Shown here: positions 49,710 to 62,593 of the stretch, piece after piece | Numbering within the stretch: the stretch's first letter is position 1 | Layout of the letters: each line of letters starts with the position of its first letter | NCBI GenBank assembly: GCA_043228905.1 | Contig: JBHGNT010000001.1 | Location: 30,318,001-30,382,000, forward strand | DNA from: Azolla caroliniana | Taxonomy: Eukaryota > Plantae > Polypodiophyta | Direction: 5' to 3' | DNA: 64,000 nucleotides | Program-made: the position numbers and the translations under genes | Notes under the pieces: generated by a model | Seen by the model: only the letters and a program-made list of their open reading frames with translations | Told to the model about the DNA's origin: nothing | The model's database searches: none

Positions 49710-52700
49710 AGAGGGCTGCCAAGGCGTGGGGCCGAGACAGTCCGGACACTCGGGGAAGACCCCACAGTTGTACGATAGAACCGAAACCGAAGAAACCTTG
49801 TATGATAGGTAGAAAATTCTGCTTCTCTGGCATAGGAGGATGTATGATAGTCGGCATCGTTGGCCGAGAAAGGGCAAGGGCGGAGGAGCGACTTCGAGCG
49901 TGCAGAGTTCTCGGCCCGGACGAGGAAATCAGCGGAGCCGTGGAGACGGTCTCCTTCGACGACACCTTGGGAATGCTGAGGAAAGTAGCCGGAGAAGACC
50001 TTAACGAAGACCGGACGATACCGGTATGTTCCGAAGAGATGTACGAAGTCATCGCGAACTTCAGTCGGGGGCTCGGGTCGGATCGGACGGCCCGAGTTAG
50101 CACGAAGTACAAGACTGTGGACCGGAAGGTAAGGCCAGTCGCAGCACCTTTGCCGGAGGGCAGCGAGTCCCGAATCAGAGGGGTGGCGTCGGACCCCAGT
50201 TTACGAGATCCAGCCTGCATAGGACACACCTTCACCGACGGGACGCTCCGGGAGCTCAAGATCGGTGGGGGCGGGTTCCTACTACCGGCGGAGGAAGACC
50301 GGTTTCGGAGAATGCTTGGAAGGCATGGGAAACCCTTCGCATTCTCGCCGGAAGAGATCGGGTGCGTAGACTCGACAATCGTGGAGCCGATGGTGATATT
50401 CACGGTACCGCATGTGCCGTGGAATCTCAAGCCGATTCCGGTACCAAGAGCTCACATCGCGGAGTTGATGGAGCTACTGAGGCAGAAAGTCGATATGGGT
50501 ATTCTCGAACCGTCGAGCGCGCCATACTCGAACCGATGGTTTACCGTACCAAAGAAAAACGGAACATTGCGCTTCATTCAGGACCTACAGTCGGTCAACA
50601 GAGTGACCATTCGTAACGCAGGAATCGGACCGACCATAGACGAGTTCGCGGAGGCCTTCGCCGGAAGGTCAATTTACTCGGTCGGTGATCTGTACTCGGG
50701 GTACGACCAGTTCCAGCTAGCCGTGGAGAGCAGAGACATTACGACGATGCGAACACCCCTCGGCCTAGTGCGAATGTGTACCCTGCCACAAGGAGGGACC
50801 AACTCGGTGGCCCACATGGTGAATGCAATGAACAAGGTACTGAGGGATTGCGAGGCTAGAGGATGCGAGGCTCACCTTCTCCGGGGAGAAATCGGCCTTC
50901 GGGCAATCGGAAATCCTGGTGGTCAGACACCTATGTGGACCATATGGCCGGAAGCCGTCTCCGGCAAAGGTAGAAGCCATTTCCGCGATGAAGACCGACT
51001 GTAGCTCGGTTACGGAAGTTCGGAGGTTCCTGGGGGCATGCGCATTCTACCACATATGGATCCCGCATTACGCCCACGTTGCGGAGCCGCTATACGGGTT
51101 GCTGAAGAAAGGGCGAAAATTCGAGTGGCGAGACGAGCACACGGAGTCGGTCCAGAAGCTGAAGGAAGCTCTTGCGGCAGCACCGGCGCTCCGGAAGGCT
51201 GTCTACGAGAAGGGTACCCCGGTATACATAACAGTGGATACGAGTCCGACCGGGATCGGATGGGTCGTCAACCAAGAGGACAAGAATGGCATTTGGTTCC
51301 CGATCCGATTCGGCGCGAAGGTTCTCAGTGAACGACAGCGAGGGTACGCCCAGGTTAAACGCGAACTCTGGGGTATCGTTTCGGCAGTAAAGGCCGACAA
51401 AGACTACTTGATCGGGACAGAAGTGGTTATCGAGACGGATTGCCTGCCGATTCTCGGCATGGTTTCCGGATGCGCGACACCGGACCTGGCGATGCTTCGG
51501 TGGATAGCGTACATCAAGTCCCTGGACCCGGAAATACGGCACATTTCCGGAAAGGACAACGCCATGGCCGACATGCTTTCGAGGGCAAGGTTTGATGACG
51601 AGGGCGGCATGGTTTCGGAGGACAAAGAAGTCAGCGTGGACTTCTTCGAGGCAGCGTACGTAACGGCCGATGGGACGAGCACTCCGGCACTTAACGACTT
51701 CGACGAGAGCAAGTACGATGGCGAGTGGCTCCAGATCGGTGGGTTTTTGAGGACGATGACGCTGGATGCGTCATGGACGAGGGACGAGGCAAACCGGATC
51801 CGGAAGAAAGCATACCGATTCTTTCTCCGGGACGGATACTTATGGAAGCACCCGAAGAAGAGGAACGGCGTCCCGCTCCGGGTGGTGGCGATGAAGGAAG
51901 AACATGAGGAGTTGCTGACGGCCTACCACGACAGCCCTTGGGCTGGACACCGTGGAACGTGGGCCACGTTCGAGAAGATAAAGGGGAAGTACTGGTGGCC
52001 GAGACTGTACCGGGATGTGCATCGGTTCGTGACAACTTGCGAGAGCTGTCAGATGCACTCCATAGTCCGGCATCGGGACGAGCTTCACCCTACGTACCCT
52101 CCGACCATCCACTTCAAATGGATGGTAGATCTGGTGACGATGTCCATGGGCGTAGGACAGATGCGGTATCTGGTCCTGGCTCGGGAAGATCTGACGAACC
52201 AGGTGGAAGGCAGAGCCCTTCAGAACAAAACGACCGCGGCCATATTTCGGTTCCTGATCGAGGACGTGATATGCCGGTACGGGTGCGTCGGGAAGATCGT
52301 GGCTAATCGCAGGGAGTTGGACGCCGAAGAGGCCGAGGAACTGTTCGACCGGCTAGGAGTCAAGCTCTCACTTACCACTGCGTATAATCCGGAGGCGAAT
52401 GGGAAGGTGGAGCACGGACACGGACCGATCGTCAAGGCGTTAGCTCGGGCATGCGGAGGTCAAGTCGGGAACTGGCCGCGGCTGTTGCCTTACGCGTTGT
52501 GGGCGGACCGAACTACGCACAGTTCGGTAACCGGATTCATGCCGGCAGAACTCATGTTTGGGCAGAAGCCGGTCATGCCGATGGAACGTACGATCTCCTC
52601 GTGGGCAACCGTGGACTGGAGAGACGAGATGAATCGGGAGGAGCTGCTGGCGGCGCGTATACGACAGCTCGAGCGAAGACCGGAGGACGTGGAGCAGGCT

Positions 52701-53063
52701 GCGGAAAAGCTTCGGGAAGCAAGGATGAGGAACAAAGCCCGGTTCGACCGAACGCACCGGCTCCGACCGAAGAAGATCGAGGAAGGCGACTGGGTGCTAA
52801 TCTACGACAGCAGCCTGGACAACCAGCACCGAGCGACACGGAAGTTCGCAAGAAGGTGGTTCGGGCCTTACGTGGTACAAAGCGCCAACGACAACGGGAC
52901 GTACCATCTGGCGGAACTCGACGGTACGAGAATGGCGATACCGGTAGTGGGGAAGCGGATCAAAGCGTTCAAGAAGCGTCACGACGACGAGCCGGATCCG
53001 GTTGGCCTGGACCGCGACGACGAACGATCGGAAACCGAGGAAGAACCGACGGGCGGGGAATGA
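49700..53063 (+). pseudogene. pol: Element G pol; a deletion at about 50852 removes the RT catalytic FLDD segment
   Basis: ...MNKVLRDC is joined directly to RLEDA...; RH and IN are intact in 50919-53063. Confidence 0.9.
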
Positions 53064-53765
53064 AGGTTGGACCGGTTTTCTCCGTCCCAACTCAATTTGG
53101 CGCATGCCGGTGGATGCGCGGTTAGGTGGGGGCGGATGTTGTGAAGAAAACCGTCCACAAGCGGAATCGGTGCACAGGAGCGTAGGAACCGGCTCTTCTC
53201 GAATGTTGTCCATAGAAGATCCTAGGCGGGTAGATTTAGTGGGTAGGAAGTAAAGGGGAAACGGCTCCTTCCTTGCCTATGAAAAGGAGGGAGACGAGAA
53301 GGGAAAGGGGATCGCGGAGAGTCGAGGACGAAGTGTTGTCGGTTTGCGTGCGAAGGCTTCTCTCTCTCTCTGGTTCGCAAACTCCATAGCTTCCTTCTGT
53401 GCAGGTTTCGGGAGGCTCGCACTGTTCCGAGGAATGCCCGAGTGCTTCCGGCAGCACCTCCAACCTGCTCCTGTCTTTCTGTGCATTTACGAACACGCAT
53501 CGGCATATGTTCGCCGGCCTGTTTGGTTGTAACCGACTTCGTGGTTTTGTTGTCTTCGTGTTCTTGTTGTTTGTCTTTGTTAATACATACATACATTCGT
53601 GTCTTTCTGTGTCGCTGTCCCACTTGCGTCTTTGCGTCGAAGGGTCGTGTCCCTGTGGATCTATGCTCGCACGTAGAGGGTCTCTTCTCCTTCCTCTCTT
53701 GCTCTTTGGTACAGGACCCCCGAGGTTCCGCCTCATTCCACGCATCCGCGAGGAATACCTCGACA

Positions 53766-55104
53766 ACGGTTTCTATGTCTTCCACGTTCCGATTCGGTAA
53801 GGAGCGCTTTGGAGTCGGAGCTCGTATCTTTGTCTTTCCGACATGCCTCCTCATCTAGCAAGCTCGGCTTTACTCTTGCTAGGGATAACCTCTTTCCTTC
53901 CGGCCCGGCGTTGCCCAAAGTGACAACCAACGTCTCCCAGCTATTCGAGAGGGAACCGAGCAGGAGTAGCGCAAGTACCTTATCCGCGAGAGGTACTTCC
54001 AATGAAGTTGCCTAGTGGATCAGCCCCTGGAAGGCATTCATGTGCTCTGCCATGCTGGAGCCATCTTGGTACCGGAGTCTTACTAGCATCCGGAATACCG
54101 AAACCTGGTTAACAGCATTTTTGTTTTGAAACATTATGCCGATCTTCTCCCAGAGCTCATGAGCCTTGCTCTCCTCATTGAAGTTGTTGTGCAGGCTCAT
54201 GTCGATGAAGCATCATATGTACGCCATTGTCTTCATGTGCATCACCTCCCATATCACGGCGTCGATTTTGTCCGGTGTCTTGTCCCCGAACTGAACCGGC
54301 AGCCAGAGGTCTTTCACCACGAGCATGTCCCTCATCTTCGACTTCCACACTGGATAGTTGGAGCCGGTGAGCTTAAACATGCCGCCAAACGATTCGTCCA
54401 TTTTCTGGGTCGATTTCGCTCTGATACCACTTTACGGGAACTCAACGCTCCCTTTGCGCAACGCTTTGCCACAACCGAGCTTAGGATCATGCACAGAAAA
54501 CAGGAAACAAATGCACAACACAAAGGCGAGAAAAGGTAGACAGCATGTTTACGTGGAAAACCCAAACTGAGGGAAAAACCACGGCAGCCCATAGGCTGCA
54601 AACTATCACTATATTGGAATGTACAAACAGTGAGTTCACGGAGGCAACGACCTCGTGCTCACGATCTTCGCCACAGGCGGCGGTTACAACAGAGGCAACG
54701 ACTTCTTTCTCTCTCTCTCTCTCTCTGTACAGTTACGCACAATCTCTATTCTTGCACCAACAAGAATGACAACAACAACAACAGTTACTAAAAGTTTGCC
54801 CTAAGTCATATTTATACTAATATGACTTTTCGGCTATTTACAAATATAGCCTCGATGGGCTCTCAGAAACATATTTACGAATATGTCTCTTCCTCCGGTT
54901 CTCACCGGGTCTGCGTCATCCGGCTCTCCGTAGCCGGGTGCTCCTCATCCGGTTCTCACCGGGCCTGCACCATCCGGCTCTCCGTAGCCGGGTACTCCTC
55001 ATCCAGTTCACACCGGGTCTGCGTCATCCGGCTCTCCGTAGCCGGGTACTCCTCATCCGGTTCACACCGGGTCTACGCCATCTAGAGGGACCTGTCTCCC
55101 AACA
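53766..55104 (-). mobile_element. 5' fragment of a copia element (5' LTR 54432-55104, iMet PBS 54418-54429, decayed gag)
   Basis: Gag homologous to C (LTGSNYPVWKSKMRDML, LLGSLSNSWETLVVTL); LTR homologous to 17930-18576; ~54-bp tandem repeats. Confidence 0.9.
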
Positions 55105-55942
55105 GCCTCTTCCCGTCTTCCCCTCCTTCTTGCGAAATCCCTTGCCATTTTCGTAATTACTTCCGCGATGTCTCCGGCTTCCATCTCCTTCCTCCCTTGC
55201 CGCCTCTTCACGTCGGGTTCACCAAATATGTCGCGTTGCTACGCGCGTGCGTGGAGAAGGGCGGGACCACAGGGGTCTTGGACTAAGGAGTAGAGGAGAA
55301 GGAATCGGACATGGAATGGAAGCTTTGCTCAAGAAGAAGAAGAATGAACAAGAGATTAGATCGAACAAGAGGAAGATGGAGACAAGATGATCAACAAGAT
55401 ATATTCAAACGAAATGAACGATTACAAAATGGTGGCCGCATAGGCCGCACCAAACGACTACTCGAAACCCTAACTGACGAAGATGAAGATAAAGATAAAG
55501 AAACCCTAACCCTAACGCTCGACCTATGTGGTATACCTCGCACACTCAAAATAGGCAACCCCCACAATGGTGCCTTCCCTCTCCTTTTATAGCACAAGGA
55601 GGGAAGACCATTTACAAAAGTGAGACTAAAATATCCCCTTTCATTCAAAGGGGATATTTGCCTTGATTTGGGGAGGGTGAGATTGATGGCCCCTTTACTC
55701 CCACCTCCTCACAAACAACTAGGTACCTATGTACCGCATAGTACCTCTCTCTCTCTCTCGCGTGGATGTGCGCAAAAGACCACATCGCCTTTATACCGTA
55801 GGGATCTTATGGGGAATTTCCAACACCATACCCTTTACCCCTATTATTATTACAAATACATTATGTACGTGTGCAACGTTGCACATCGCTCTTTGGCTCT
55901 CGTTGCTCGGGTTTCCGCTCGTGGACGAAAATCTTCACGACA
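55105..55942 (-). mobile_element. Element K2 remnant: 5' LTR 55229-55942, Trp PBS 55208-55224, start of gag
   Basis: 55229-55558 is nearly identical to K LTR 43319-43654 and the rest differs; ends ATCTTCACGACA; flanked by ATGG. Confidence 0.85.
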
Positions 55943-56902
55943 ATGGTCCGGTCGAGCGCCAAAAGACGCGCAAAGCGTTCTTCAATCTCCTGGAGGAGCA
56001 CTGACGCGTTTCTCCCCTTTTCGGGGGTCTCTAACCCATTCCATGAAGTCCCGTTTCGAAAGCCGAAGTGCGTCATCAAGCCCGTATTTTTCGAGGAGCC
56101 GACCTTCAAACTCTTCCCAGGTCCGGCTCTCAGCTCGTACCTCGAGCACCTCCGCATGGATGCCCGGTCAGTCGCCTTTCTTCTGTAATGTCTCTCATTA
56201 CCATCTCGGCCCGGTAGGCCTCCAAATAGCTCGTGGCGTCCTTCCCACCGAACCGGCACGATACGACCGCTTCAATAGCCCTATCCAGGGCGCTTGCGCC
56301 TTCACGCGCACTCACTATCCGATCCACAACCGAAGCCATGGCCTCCGCGATATCCGACCCCCTCATCTTTCTATTCCTCTACCGCCTGTTCACGTCGGGT
56401 TCACCAAATATATCGCGATGTTACGCGCATGCTTGGAGAACGAGGTGGAACCACCGAGGTCTTGGACCGAGAAATAGCTGACAAGGAGGAGAACGGAAAG
56501 GCAACGACACACTTGCACATGCACAGACACGGGAGCACACAGGAATCACAGTCCAACAACACAGCAAAACGAGACGACTAGAAGTCCGAGTATATGAACA
56601 TATATGTATATAAATATATATGTATATATCAAAACGGTTACAACTAACAGGCCGGCAAGGCGAGCACCGCCACCTGTTCACTCACACATAGAAGAGCGAG
56701 ATGGAGACTCTACCGAAAGCACACAGGCGTTCCACGGAGCAGAGTCAGCGTCCCGAAAACCTGCGCAAAATGGCTATGGAGAGTGGCAGAGGAGAAGGGC
56801 TCGGTCCCAATCCGGCAGCACTTTTCCTCTCTAACGCACGATTCCTTTTTCATTCCTCTCCCTCTCTTTTATAGCCCAAGGAGGGAGGCCGTTATCATCC
56901 GT

Positions 56903-59900
56903 TGTCGCGTTGTTTCGCGCGTGCGTGGAGAACAAGGCGGGACCACTGGGGTCTTGGACCGAGGAATAGGTGAGAAAAGGGAGAGAGAGAGAGACACGCT
57001 CACACACGTATAGACAAAGAAGCGCACAGGAACACGGCCCAACAACACAGGAAGCACGAGTTGAGCAGGAGATAGAGTATAAGAACACTAGTGCATGTAT
57101 ATAAGTATACGTATGTATTTGTATGTATGGCTGCAGTCGTCTTGTTCTACAGGGCTTGGCCTTCAACCTGGTTCGTTAGATTCTCTCGAGCCAGCACCAG
57201 ATACCGCATCTGTCCTACCCCCATTGGCATCGTCACCAAATCCACCATCCACTTGAAGTGGACGGTCGAAGGGTAGGTTGGGTGAAGCTCGTCCCTGTGT
57301 CGAATCATGGAGTGCACCTAACAGCTTTCGCAAGTCGTCACGAACCGATGCACGTCCCGGTATAGTCCCGGCCACCAGTACTTCCCCTTTAGCTTTTCGA
57401 ACATGGCCCACGTTCCACAGTGTCCAGCCCAAGGACTATCGTGGTACGCCGCCAGCAAATCCTCTTGTTCCTCCTTCTTCGCCACCACTCGGAGCGGGGT
57501 GCTTCCATATGTACCCATCCCGGAGAAAGAATCGGTACGCTTTCTTCCGAATCCGGTTGGCCTCATCCTTTGTCCATGCCGCGTCCGGTGTCATTGTTTT
57601 CAGGAACCTGCCGATCTGCAGCCACTCCCCGTCGTACTTACCCTCGTCGAAATCGTTAAGCGTTGGAGTGCATTCCCTGCCGGTTGTTACATAAGCTGCC
57701 TCGAAGAAGTCCACGCCGACTTCCTCGTCCTCTGAAACCATGCCGCCCTCGTTTTCAAACCTCGCCCTGTAAAGCATGTCGGCCATGGCATTGTCTTTCC
57801 CGGAAATGTGTCGTATTTCCGGATTCAGGAACTTGATGTACGCTATCCACCTGAGCATTGCCAGGTCCGGCGTCACGCATCCGGTTACCATGCCAAGAAT
57901 TGGCAGGCAGTCTGTCTCGATAATTACCTCTGTCCCGATCAGGTAGTCTTTATCGGCCTTTACCGCCGAAACGATACCCTAGAGCTCGCGTTTAACCTGG
58001 GCATATCCTCGATGTCGCTCGCTGAGGACCTTCGCGCCGAACCGGATCGGGAAACGCATGCCGTCCTCGTCCTCTTGGTTGACGACCCATCTGATCCCGG
58101 TCGGACTCGTGTCTATCGTTACGTAAATTGGAGTGTCCTTTCCGTAGACAGCCTTTCGGAGCGTCGGAGCTGCGGCAAGTGCTTCCTTCATCTTTCGGAA
58201 AGACTCTGTATGCTCGTCTCTCCACTCGAATTTCCGCCCCTTTTTCAGCAACCCGTATAACGGCTCCGCGACGTGGGCGTAATGCAGGATCCATATGTGG
58301 AAGAACGCGCATGCTCCCAAGAACCTCCGAACCTCCGTGACCGAGCTACAGTCGTGCTTCATCGCGGAGATGGCTTCTACCTTAGCCGGAGACGGTTTCT
58401 GGCCGTACGACCCGCATAGGTGTCCGACGACCATGATCTCTGATTGCCCGAAGGCCGATTTTTCCTTGGAGAAGGTGAGCCTCGCGCCCTCTAACCTCTG
58501 CAACACCTTCTCGCAGTCATCGATGTGCGTCGCCATGAATTTCCGGCACCCGTCCGGTCCGATCGTCTCGTCCTTTTCCTCCACCGGGCATCCCTTGATC
58601 GGGACATCGTCCAAAAACGGCATGGTGATGTTCGGGATACAATCCCTCAGCACCTTGTTCATGGCCTTCACCATGTGAGCCACCGAGTTCGTCCCTCCTT
58701 GCGGTAGGGTACACATCCGTACTAGGCCGAGAGGAGTTCGCATTGTCGTGATGTCTCTGCTCTCTATGGCTAGCTGGAACTGATCGTACCCCGAGTAGAG
58801 ATCACCGACCGAGTAAATCAACCTTCCGGCGAAGGCCTCCGCGAACTCGTCTATTGTTGGTCCGATTCCTGCGTTTCGAATGGTCACCTTGTTGACCGGC
58901 TGCAGGTCTTGAATAAAGCACAGCGTGCCGTCCTTCTTCGGCACGGTAAACCACCGATTCGAGTATGGGGCACTCGACGGTTCGAGGATGCCCATCTCGA
59001 CCTTTTGCTTTAACAGCTCCATCAGCTTCAGGATGTGAGCTCTGGGTACTGGAATCGGTTTGAGACTCCACGGCACATGCGGTACCGTGAATATCACCAT
59101 CGGTTCCACGACTGTCGGGTCTACGCACCCAATCTCCTCCGGTGAGAATGCGAAAGCCTTCCCGTGCCTTCCGAGCATTCCCCGAAAACGGTCCTCTTCC
59201 GCCAGCAGTAGGAAGCCGCCCCCACCGATTTTGAGCTCACGTAGCGTTATGTCGGTGAACGTGTGTCCTATGCATGCCGGATTTCATAAACTCGAGTCCG
59301 AAGCAACCCCCTTTATTCGTAACTCGATGCCCTCCGGCAAGGGAGCCGCGACTGGCCTCACCTTCCGGTCCACAGTCTTGTATTTCGTGTCCACCCGGGC
59401 CGTCCGATCCGACTCTAGCCCTCTACTGAAGTTCGCGATGACTTCGTACATCCTTTCCGAACATACCGGAATTGTCTAGTCCTCTTTAAGGACTCCTCCG
59501 ACTACCTCTCGCAGCTCCCCCAAGGTATCGTCGAAAAAGACCGCCTCCACGGCTCCGTTGATTTCCTCTCCAGGGTCGATGATACCACATGCCCGAAGTC
59601 GCTCCTCCGCCCTTTTCTTCTTCCAGCCAACGACGTCGACTATCGTACACCCTCCGTTGTCGAAGAACCAAAATTTCCTACTTATAGTACAGGTCTTCTT
59701 CGCTATGGTACACTTGTGGGGTTCCCCCGGAGTGTCCGGACTATCGCGGCCCCACGCCTTGATAGCCCTCTCTAAAACTCCTCTCGGTTGTCGCCCCCGA
59801 GGGTCTCGCGGTTCCGTTCATGGTTCGGTCTCACCGTCAGGAACTGGACCGAGTGACGCTCATCCTGGCTCTTGACCCTTGCATAGGCCGAGTCGTTGTC

Positions 59901-62593
59901 CAGCACCTTGGTCTCCATTCGTGCTGCCGTGATGTACAGTTCTCCTAGTATAACCGGATGTGAGGACGTCTCTTGCACGAAGAAGTGCTGGTCAATCTCG
60001 ACATCGCCGATCTTTACTCGTACATTCGGGCAGGCTCCATGCAGTTCTTCGGTGGCACGCGTTGCTGCCCGTATTTTCCACCCGTGCTTGGTGTTGATCG
60101 GCCATTTCCCCTTCTTGTAGAAGTCCATGGACATCAAATTGATTTCTGAACCGTGGTCCACCAACGCCACCACCGGTTCATGAACATCTCTGATCTTCAC
60201 GGGGGTCTCCGTGGTCGCTCTAGCCCAATGCGGCCTCGAATAGTGGCTCTCCGCCAACTCGTCTTCCAACGCCATGTCCTCTATGTGCGTCGTCCGCACC
60301 TCTACCGGCTTCTCCGGTTCTGTCTCCATCGACAGCCTCTTCCTCTTCACCAAGTCTACGATGGAGTCGTGGAACTCCTTCTTGGCGATCCCGAGCACTT
60401 CCCTCAGCGACAGTTCCACCTTGTTGTCGAGGATTCGTTCTTCCAGGACCTTTCGCAGGTCCGTGGATCTTTCGATTTCTGTGCCCAGCCGGTAGCCGCC
60501 CCTCTTGGGATTATCTTGGGCGTCGGTTACACCGGCCTCATTCCGCCTTTGCCCGAATCGAGTTTCATATCGTTGCGAGGTCCTGGCCCCTCCGGTTTTC
60601 CCTACCCGCTTGTCCTCCACCAGAGCCTCGTAGTTTTGACAAGCGGCTTCGACGAAGCCCGTCTTTTCTTCCACCGAGTCACTCCACCCGGTTACCTCCC
60701 GGACCCGTTTTTCCGCGCGGTCCGCCTCTTCTTTCCTTAGTCGTGCGCCGGTGAGGCCTTCTAGCATCGTCGACCAGAACTCGGCTTTGTTCGTCTTCGG
60801 GGCCTCGCCACCTCCGACCCGAATACCAGCTGACGCCGAGTAGTGGACGGTCTCCGCGTGACGAGCCGCCGCCTCCTCCATCAGCCCTTTCATACCTCCT
60901 CGCCTGACGTTCAAGTCCAGGGCCCTTCGGGTCTCACTGACGTGCACCCGACCATTCCACAGGTACACCACGTTGCTTCTCATTGCCTCGGCGAAGTCCC
61001 CGCAGTCCTTCCGGATGTGGCCAACCGTGTCACACCACATGCAACTGTTTCCAGCCAGAGGTCGTCGGTCACGAGCCTGTTCGCCACCATCCCTCCGTGC
61101 CTGGGCGATCTGGAGGTCCTTTACCATCCGCGTCAGTTCCTCCAGAGCTGCTCCCCCGGACAAGCCCTTGACCATGCCGGTCGAAGCCGAGCCGGTCTCG
61201 AGCCAATCTCAGGTCTCTTCCCTTCGCATTGGTGGTGTTGGCTCGAGCTTCCTTGCTGCGACAGAGCCCGCCCCTGTCGATCCTTTGTCGACCCATTCCC
61301 GTCGTTTGTCGAAACGGCCACAGACCCTCTTCACCACGGCCCAGTCGGCCGTCAGCCCGTCATCAGTCACCAATAGGAGGCCTACTTGCTCCCGATCCCG
61401 TTCGTCAACTGACTTACCAAACAATAGGACACGACGTGTGTCCATAATGGTCCGGTCAAGCACCGAGAGGCGCGCGAAGCGTTCCTCAAACTCCCGAAGG
61501 AGCACCGACGCGTTCCTTCCTTTGTCGGGGGTCTCCACCCACTCCATGAAGTCCCGCTTCGAAAGTCGAAGCGCATCTTCAAGCCTGTATTTTTCGAGGA
61601 GCCGACCTTCGAACTCCTCCCAGGTCCGGCTCTCGGCCCGTACCTCGAGCACCTCTGTATGGATGCTCGACATCGCCACTCGAGGGAATCCGGCTAGACG
61701 CCTCTCTTCCGGAATGTCCCTCATTACCATCTCAGCCCGGTAGGACGCCAAGTAGCTCGTGGCATCCTTCCCACTAAATCGGTTGATCGTACCGACAACC
61801 GCCTCGATAGCCCTATCAAGGGCGTCGGTGCCTTGGCGAGGTCCGACCCCCTCATCTTCTACTCCTCTGCCGCCTGTTCACGTCGGGTTCACCAAAAGAT
61901 GTCGCGTTGTTTCGCGCGTGCGTGGAGGACAAGGTGGGACCACTGGGATCTTGGACCGAGGAATAGGTGAGAAAAGGGAGAGAGAGAGAGACACGCTCAC
62001 ACACGTATAGACAAAGAAGCACACGGGAACGCGGCCCAACAACACAGGAAGCACGAGTTGAGCAGGAGATAGAGTATAAGAACACTAGTGCATGTATATA
62101 AGTATACGTATGTATTTGTATGTATGCAGACGACTCGAACGGTTACAGCCGATTAGGTCGGCGAGATGGATGCCAACGCCTGATCACCCACGCACACAGG
62201 GGAGCAAGATGGAGATTCTGCCGGAAGCACACGAGCGTTCCACGAAGCAGAATCAGCCTCTCGAGAACCTGCGCAAAAGAAAGCTATGGAGAACGATAGA
62301 GCTCGGTCCCAGTCCGACATCACTTCGTCCCCTCTAGTGCGCAATACCTTCTCTCCTCGTCTCCCTCTCTTTTATAGCTCAAGGAGGGAGGTCGTTTCAC
62401 CCGTTTACATCACATTAATTCTCTGTCCTTTTGGACAGAGATACTCCTCGATTCCCCCTATAGAATATTGCTACCTAGGATTTGACTTTTGTGCCTACCT
62501 ATCTACTATACAACAAGGAGCGTGCCCACGTGTAAGGGCCGGTTCACACACGCTATACACGGTTTGTGCCTGGGAACGGTTTTCTTCACAACA
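56903..62593 (-). mobile_element. Element H: Trp-family Ty3/gypsy inserted in the 5' LTR of F; one deletion removes the IN C-terminus, PPT and U3
   Basis: TSD CCGT (56899-56902 / 62594-62597); 5' LTR 61900-62593; PBS 61878-61894; 3' LTR remnant 56903 to about 57129. Confidence 0.92.
57130..61855 (-). pseudogene. Element H gag-PR and pol, decayed
   Basis: ORFs 61209-61751, 59772-61175, 57979-59178 and 57436-57891 carry the same motifs as A and G. Confidence 0.88.

Larger units (their letters stand above)
47065..53765 (+). mobile_element. Element G: Trp-primed Ty3/gypsy on the + strand, 5' LTR truncated
   Basis: 5' LTR remnant 47065-47565, PBS 47570-47586, PPT about 53120-53136, 3' LTR 53137-53765, flanked by ACGG at 53766-53769. 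Confidence 0.93.
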
